DNA of 64,000 nt, taken from NCBI RefSeq assembly GCF_036588685.1, contig NC_086373.1, positions 73,346,001 to 73,410,000 of the forward strand, written 5' to 3'. Under the pieces are notes generated by a model. That model did no database searches. It saw nothing but the letters and a program-made list of their open reading frames with translations, and was not told the origin of the DNA. Shown here one piece after another: positions 25,201 to 34,200 of this stretch. The position numbers and the translations under genes were made by a program. Source of the stretch: Mytilus trossulus (taxonomy: Eukaryota). Position 1 is the stretch's first letter, and the number at the start of each line of letters is the position of its first letter.

Positions 25201-28200
25201 TTTTATGTTGTTTGGCCTTTTGAATATATACATGTATGCAATAGCGACAAGGTGTGTCATGTATGGTGTACATGTCTGTCAGCATGTTTCTTATATGACC
25301 ATGATGACTTCAATTGTGTTTGATTTAATAAATGATAGAAAGATGTCTATGTTTGGCTGTCGGTCAGGGTTCATATACTTTTGACCTTATGTTTCGAATT
25401 AATTGGCCAAGCATAACTTTTACATTTGTCAGTTTCTAAGGCACTGTAAGGATCGGAACACATTTATTTGGTGTACGGGATATTTGTAGAGATCTGTATG
25501 GCATGGTTCATCTGACCATGGCCTTTTATTTTTTTATGAAACATTGATAATCTTAAGCGCATTTGACACCCAGATTTGACACTTCTATTAAAACCCTTGA
25601 TATTATAGACGTTCAACACATATACTTTCATAAGTAAAGCAAACAAGACATTGCAGCATTTGCGCTTCGGTATTCTATAATATGTACTATATAGTTAAAT
25701 CAATCCTTATCTGCATTGTTTATAAAGAACTTAAAAAGTTCTGTTGCACACAATGTTGGTTATCGTTTAATCCAAAACTACACATGAAATGTGCTGTTTT
25801 TGCTATGATTTTTTGTTTGATGGATAACATTTTGGTTTACACGTTGCATATCCATATTAATGGCTAACTAGTGTCGGTGTGCCTGAAGTGCACTAGACTG
25901 ATTCACAGAGCTGAATCTTTCACACTTATTTAGACACGTTATTAGTTGGGGTTTTTTTTAACTTTTGAGGTTATTAATAAGTGTTGAATAGAAAAAAAAA
26001 AGATAATAGCTTTAATCATGTTAATGTTCATCCTTATCAAAATAGTTACAGGCTTCAACCACTTGCAGATTTATCAAATGGTAATAGAGATACTGATTTC
26101 TGATTACTAGTATTAAATCTGGTCACGCATTTTCTTTCACGATCGAAAAAATACGTTGCCTGATCTTTCACGATCAAGTTTGATGGAAATTCAACAAATT
26201 CAAGGTTTTCATAAACAAATTAACGCTTTTAATGGAAGAACATTCTTTAATTTTACTGTACTATCAGATACACCAAAGATTGAATTTCAAATATATCATG
26301 ATATTCTGAAATATCATGCTTTATAGGTACACAAAGCGTGTTTTTTTTTAAATTAATTTCATAGAGACGCATTGCGCCTTTTATGTTTTTTCAAAAAGTA
26401 CTTCATATTTTCTTTATCTTCTTTCACAGTTATGTTGAGGAAGTTAAACCATTTTGACAGACATATTTTTTTGTTCGGATTTGTTCCGCGTTTTGAAAAT
26501 TAAGCGATTTTTTCAAAGATTCTGACCTAGAATGTACATTAAATGACTTTCACGATCCGTTACCAGAACTTTCACGATCGTCCCTCAATACTTGACCGCC
26601 GTTAGATATTCTTTCACGCCCATTTCTCTCGATAAACCGAATGACACCCGTGAAGAAGTTATTGAACGAAAACAACCCGTATAATACTAATGTAATGAAG
26701 GGTAATGGGTTCATTACTATCTTAAAATTATTTCGTGAATATATAATAATTAAATAATAAAAGTATTTCTTAATATGCACAAATGCCAAACCGTTTAAAA
26801 GCGCTTCAATATATTAAAGTGTTCTCCGATTTCTTTAGCGGGTGTGATTGTTGCATCCTGTCTTATTTCCATAGAATTATACGTTTGTATTCGTAAGTTC
26901 GTCTGCATTTTGTTTCCCGACCCATCTTATAGCTGTGACTGAACCCATTAGAAAATAGCTACGCGAAATCTCTGTCTTAATATTTTACCAGTAAAATTTA
27001 GATTTCATTAATTGAAATAAAAAACGTAACAACAGACAAAAGCATAGCGAACGGGTTTTGATTTATAAACACTGTGAGATAGGAACATCACTGTCAAAAA
27101 AAGTGAAAGCTTACCAAAGGGGACGAAAATTTAGTTACATATAAAGTATATTTAAAACATGCTTGATCATGTGAAAACAATCATCAAGATAATGGTAAGT
27201 GTTGTATAATGTATCAATTATTTGCAATTTGGACGGGTCTTTACTGAATTTTGATTTCTATACTTATATTGATAAAACTCGTATGCATACGACTGTCATT
27301 GCGTCCTGTATTTATGAGAGAGGTATTTATCAGATCAAATGACGCATCATTGTATAGAAACTTGTAAAAAAAAGAAAACAAAACCTCATGCGTCTTAAGC
27401 GCTTGCGGGATTTACCTTCATGTTTGGCTTTTATTCTTATATTAAAACGATTAGTTAATTTATTCCAATCATTGTTTCCGCATGTCGCTGTCTGAAATCT
27501 TCTTAAAAGTTGTTACTACTGATATAAAAGTATATTTTTATCACGTTTATTTCTTGTTGCTTTCATTTCGTTTCATTTCTAACTTAAGGTTCCACTAAAG
27601 TCAAAATATAGGACACTTCATAAACATCTAAACTTTGCCTGTATTTTTCAACCTATAATGAATAAAGTCATAAACTATGAAAACATATATTCATTTAAAC
27701 ATACTTTACATATACACACAGTGTAAATTGTAAATAAACTTGAAATTGTTATGTTGTGGCCAAACCGGTTCTTGGGGTAAACTCTAAATTTTCAAAAAAA
27801 TCTGCAGGCCTGCAAGACGACTTAATTTGCTTAAAATTGGTTTGGATGAATACTGTAACATGTAATGCAGGGCAAGCTAATGCTGATTTGTCACATACAT
27901 ATGTTTTAATGGCATATTTGTCCAATTTCTGTATTGTACCTTCCATATTCGTTCACTTAGATACATGAAATTAACTGAAACTCGAAAATCAATACATTTT
28001 ATAAAAAATCAACAATGGCTTGCCCTGCATTACATGTAATAGTATTCGTCCATACCAATTTTAAGCAAATTAAGTCGTCTTGCAGGCCTGCAGATTTTTT
28101 TGAAAATTTAGTGTGCACCCCAAGAACCGGTTTGGCCACAACATAACAATTTCAAGTTTATTTACAATTTACACAGTGTGTATATGTAAAGTATGTTTTA

Positions 28201-31200
28201 ATGAACATATGTTTTCATAGTTTATGACTTTATTCATTATAGGTTGAAAAATACAGGCAAAGTTTAGATGTTTATGAAGTGTCCTATATTTTGACTTTAG
28301 TGGAACCTTAATAAAGCTTTGTCTTTATTTTATTTTTTTAGTTTCTGTTTTGTATACTGATTTGTTTGTCTTTTGATCTGTGTCTTTTTTTTTTGTCATG
28401 CTGCTTTTTCGACTAATGAGTTTGAATGTCCCTTTGTTATCTTTTGCATCACTTTTAGACCTTTATAAACCTCAACTTCCTTAACCTATAAAACTCTTTT
28501 TGCATCCCTGATCTAACATCTGCAAAAGTACATTAAGCTTAAAACAAAATTTCACTTTACATAACTGTTCCTCCTTTAATTTACTATATCTGCTAATTAC
28601 TCAGAGCTTTTATCTTGTAATGTTGATATAACTTGTCTCAGACAACGATTTTTGAATACAACCTATAATTAAATATTAAATCATGCACTCAAGATCTAAC
28701 ATTGAGAGAAGATTAATTAAGTTTTTCATTCTTGAAAAACTGAAATAACAGAATACTGAATTCCAAGAAAAATTCAAAACGGAAAGTCCCTAATCAAACG
28801 GCTAATTCAAAAGCTGGATAACCATAATTCTCAGCGCTGTTCACTTTCGTATTTCATTTGGCCATGTATCTTTGTTTTTATCCAAGCGATACCGATTAGT
28901 CTTTTGCATACGAAATGTGAATATGACATAAAGAATTACAAATCTAGTATGTTAAAGGATGGATGTTTTTTCCTTTTTTTCAACAAAACAACAAAAATAA
29001 AAAAATCAATACCGTTCATAAGGCAGCTAAATTGTTTAAGATATATTTTACATACAGTATTTGCAATCAAGTAACAAAAATGTCTTTTTTGTTTTCCAGC
29101 ATGCATAATGCAATTGATAAGTACAATACGCCATAGTGTCATTATCAGCAAAGATATTCATAAAATTAAGCTTCGTACTTATGTCCGTATCAAATTAAAA
29201 TAAACCTAGCATCCCTTTTGTTCAGATAGTTTCAATTCAACATGACTAAGATTAATGCGATTTCCTTGAAACGAAAAAAATTAGTTTTGTTTTAATAATC
29301 AACACAAGAGAACACAGTGTTGACGTTATTGCTGAGAGCGTAGTAAGATCGCTGTATCATCGTAGTCTGATCTACGTAAGCACTTGCTAAAACCGCAATA
29401 GAAACGTGGTAATATCGTAATGCAATTAGATAAATCATGTTTTGGTCAGAGTAAGAAGGTGATGAGTGTTGTAAGATCATGATAATCGTGGTGAGGTCGC
29501 AGATCATTGTGGTGAGAACGTGGTAACATCGTAGCGGGGTCGTTGTTTAAGCATCGTAAAAACAACGAAAATTTACATTTCATGCCGCTCATACCTCGAC
29601 CACACCACGATCTGATTTTTTTTAGAAGACGGTGTTGCGTTGCGATCGTGCTCTAGTGGTACGGGGCTTAAGTCATTATCGGTTTTAGGGTTAACATATT
29701 CCAGAATATTAACGGTTTACCGAGTGTGAATTTGCCTTCCTCTACTACGTATCTCGATATTTTATACATTCATGTATTTATTTCTGATGTTTCTGTTTTG
29801 GATTTGTTTAGCTATTGTGGAATGTCTTATAGTTTGTATTCAAAATAAGTATAAAGTAGCCTTTCAATTTCGTCATTCTCATTATAATTGTTTGAACTGG
29901 TATTGTGAAATAATTGAATAAGTTTCAAGATTACATATTCGTTATAAAAGTGCGTCACTGTATGTGATGTCTTATGTTCTCTGTCGTTGATAGAAGATGC
30001 CCGTTGTTGTTCTGCAGTTTGCATATTGGGTTGACTCTTAATTTTGTTGTGCATGTTCTCTGTTGTGCGTGTTTTTTGGATGAATTTCTAAAGCGATGTT
30101 TTAAACACTGGCATATAAGCGGGAGGTTTGTCTAGCCATAACACCAGGTTCAACCCACATTTTTTTCTTTAAATGTCTTGTACTAAGTCAGGAATATGGC
30201 ATATGTTATAAAATAGTTCTTGTATATGGATGTTGGCGTTTGTTTAAGTTGCAGTCCAGTGTTCCTGTCAAAAATGTTTAACAAGTGAAGAACTGCACTT
30301 ACTCCAAAAAAAATAAAAAATACACAGAATGGAAGTTCAGAAAATATAACTAGGTATTATTAATGCGAAAAATGCGACTTGGTGTATGACTATAACAATA
30401 GTTAGAACTCACTTTATATTCCCTCAAAATGTAATACTTAATAACCGCAAACAAAATGAAATTAACCGTATCATAAAAGTGTCGGACATTTTGGATGACT
30501 AAAGTATCATTATAATGGTGTGGATTGTTAATAGCATTTCAATGATCATATTGTATTGCAATATATATTCTCACTATGAACCCTAGTGGTTGAACTGTTT
30601 GTGTCCTCATATGGAAAATAGCTCGTAAAGAGCTATCTTCTACACAAACAGAAAAAGCATATTGCAAGTCCTTTAATTTCACTTTCAGATAAATTGATAT
30701 TTTGGTATATTCCTAATAATCCCAAACTTAAGTGAGTGCTAACATCTCATATATATCTCAGTGATATCTTTTTCTGATATTCTATCGATATTTTACAGGT
30801 GTCGTAAAAGTTGTAGCAAGAGAAATTTACAATCAAGAAGCTGAAATGGAAGTTATAAGCATATCAAAACAACAAATAGAAGGTGGACTTGACCAAGAAC
30901 ACGTGATATTCATAGTTAAACTTAAAGACATCGATAAAAAGACGATACCAGATAACAGTTTGAATGTTTTTCAATCAAATGGCAGTCAAACGTCTTTAAA
31001 TACTAGTCATTTTTGTAAAGCATTTCCATACCATATTGTTTTTGATGAAAATCTTGAAATCAAACAATGCGGTGACATGATTCCAAAAATATTGCACATG
31101 TGCTTGAAGGCAAATACTTCAATGACAACACTATTTGATATAACCCATCCTCCCATGAAATTCAAGCTTGAAAATATATTGACGTTTATCAACAGTGTAT

Positions 31201-34200
31201 TCTATCTTGGAGTGAAGAATAACAAAAGTGCAGAAACTAGACTTTTTCTCCGAGGTAAGTTACTAGTATACAATCACATGAACTTTTTTCGTTACGTACG
31301 CTCGACACACCAAACAGTCAGAAAACGCTCTATGAAGCAGTGAAAAACAACCCATTAATAATTAAAAAATATTTAAGATTGTGACTTATTTTATAGTTAA
31401 TAATAAGAAATAGTACAACTTGAAACATTCAACTTATAAACTGATATATGACTTATGTTGTTTTCTTATGAAAATCTGTAATTTATAGCAAGAAATGAAC
31501 ACGGATTACCCTTAACAGTAAGAAATTGACTTAACATGTTATCTAATGATATGATATTAACATGTGTGTTACTGTCTGTCATATTAGTTTTGATACATGT
31601 CATGACGTGAGGTTTTTTTTGTCTGAATTGTTTGACTTTTTGGTGACGACTATACGGTATGTGTACTGTTCATTTTGAAGGCAGTACGCTAACTTATATA
31701 TCATTAGTTTAAACATATTTATTTATAGTGGATTGGGAAACAAGTTTTAAAACTTATATTACTCCCTTTCCACTTTGCGGGTGCGAGTGCTGCCTTGTAG
31801 CGGCATTAGCCTACTCTTTTTCGAAATCTACATGGGTGTCTTTAACGTGCAAGAGATGTAGCTCTCTCCTAACACGGGTCAGCCATTTATCGTCCCTTTC
31901 CGACGGACTATCATCGTTTCCTGAAGACCATACTCGCAGATGGTGTCAAGGGAGAGCCGAAAATTGAGTTCCTGAAATTTTCATCCCAAACGGGAATCGA
32001 ACCAGGAACCTTTGTGTTAGTAGTACGATGCACTAACCACTACACCACGGCTCTCTTATATATCATTATATAAACGTCATGTGGACTATAGTGAATAATT
32101 GTTCCATTGACATGCATACTGCATCTCGTTATTTTAATTAAGTTGCGATGAGACATTTGGAAAAAAAGCAATAGAAACGGATGCATCGAATGTTGCTTTG
32201 ATTTGATACACCAAGCGCATCATTGGTCCTCTATGACACAAATACTCCATAATCATGGTCTTGATAGACGAACCAATTATTAATCATCTTGATAAGTTTG
32301 GTTTTAACTTCTTCTTGTCACACGACGTTAATTACTTATTGCTTAAATGCGTTTGGTTTGTTTTTTTTGTTTTTTTGTATGTCAAATGCTTTGGATAGAT
32401 GATGTAGGTTTGATGATGTTTGTATAGAGTAATATAACAAAAATAGCGAACTCCTAGGCACGTCTAAAACGGAAAGTCCGTAATCAAATGGAAACATCAA
32501 AAGCTCATTAAACACATCAAACGAAATGATAACAACTGTCATAGGTTTGTATCAATAACATTTCCTGACTGCATCCAACTGGGTATATTTTTTTAAAGTA
32601 AGTTTTTTGTGTGGTCAATGAATAACAATTCCATTATGTGTATCAAAACTCTTTTTATAACAAAGTCCACACTATGATTTATTGTACAAGTTATAAGTGT
32701 CATTTCAATCCAATATTGTACAAATGTGTTTTCATTCTCAATTTTAAAGTCAGCATACAGATTACACAACATATTATTTGTCTGAATTATTTTTGTTGAT
32801 CAAATGCATTGGTGAGATTAGTTATGTTCTATTATGCACGTTTGTTTTGTAGGTCAAATGATTTGGATAGATGATTTACATTTGATGATGTATGTTTGTT
32901 CACCTCGACTTTCAAGTTTACTGGAGCTAAAACAACTCAATATTTATTTGTCAGATATACCGTTGTATGATGTAACAAGGGAGTTAATTCTTCTCAATCA
33001 ACAAAGAATTGCTGAGATTGACATAGCGTTAGTATTATCGAATGGTCACTAAGAAAGAACTATAGAAACACAAACTGTCAAATCACTTGTACTATCATTT
33101 TAATGTATCTTACCTGACAAGAGCCCATGATTGGTTCTATGAAAATGACTTCTACCTTATGCAGTTTGACATGAAAAAACAATATTTATCAGAATATCAA
33201 CATCGGGCCTTTGTTCTTTGCCCTATTCTTTCTTTAATAAACTCCGTAACAATAAGTGAAAAAAAATCAAAATCTGGTTATTGAGTGATTGTTTGAACTA
33301 AACATCAAAATTAGTAACATTCTTGTAAAGTGTTAAAATAAGCTCAATGTAATATCAATATCATATAAAATACATTATTTTTCATTTAAATACCATACAC
33401 ATTTTGGTCTGACTTATGCCGCTTTGTCCAACAAATATTAAGTATAACATCAAAAATAATTTACCCAAATTCAAGGTTGTCATCACCTCAACCCGCGTCA
33501 GCATGTCTTTGCAAAACTTATAACACTGTTTATATTGCATTTTCAGTTACATCTTGCACAATATAGACTAACTAAAAATAAACCTTTGTAGGAAAAAACT
33601 GGATGAAACGACAGCAGAATTAAAGATAACTTCTCGCCTTTTAGCAGAAGAAAAACAAAAGACTGACAATTTGTTATTTCAAATGTTACCACAAAAAGTA
33701 GCTGACGAACTTAAAAATGGCAGAACTGTTAAAGCTGGTGAGTTTATAACATAAACGTCTTATTGATCGAATACATGTACGATACTTGTAGGTTATCACC
33801 AACAGATATTCTTATAAGTATAGCTGATATTGATACCTTATTCATACCGTTTTAATGGCTATCATTTGTCAACCTCAATCATCGAACTAGAGACAAACGT
33901 AGAAACTAATTATTATACAGATCATGTCTTACAAAATTGATAATCATCAAAGGGTAAATTAATCTGATGCAGTTGTAATCTTTGTGCAAGATGATTTTAA
34001 CAAAGAAATCATTGTAATAATAGATTCCATGCAAATAAGTAAAAATTTAAAAGCATTTGTCAGCCCTTAATCCTCTGTCATTGAATACATCTTTTTTTAG
34101 AAAAGTTTGCCGATGTTACTGTACTATTCAGCGACATAGTGACCTTCACTGATATAGCTGTAGCTTGTACACCATTGGATATTGTCAGAATGCTTAATGA

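Larger units (their letters stand above)
23483..26652. mobile_element. Non-autonomous DNA transposon, CAC...GTG termini, ~115-bp TIRs, 5-bp TSD AAGAA (Transib/CMC-like)
   Basis: aagaa|CACGGGTGTCATTC ... GAATGACACCCGTG|aagaa; subterminal GATCGTGAAAG repeats in mirror orientation up to ~530 bp from each end; no transposase ORF seen; carries nested insertions. Confidence 0.85.

Noticed and set aside
31985-32054. tRNA gene on the minus strand
   Set aside because: A and B boxes are present but there is no full acceptor stem; it continues into a SINE body with TSD and a second copy.
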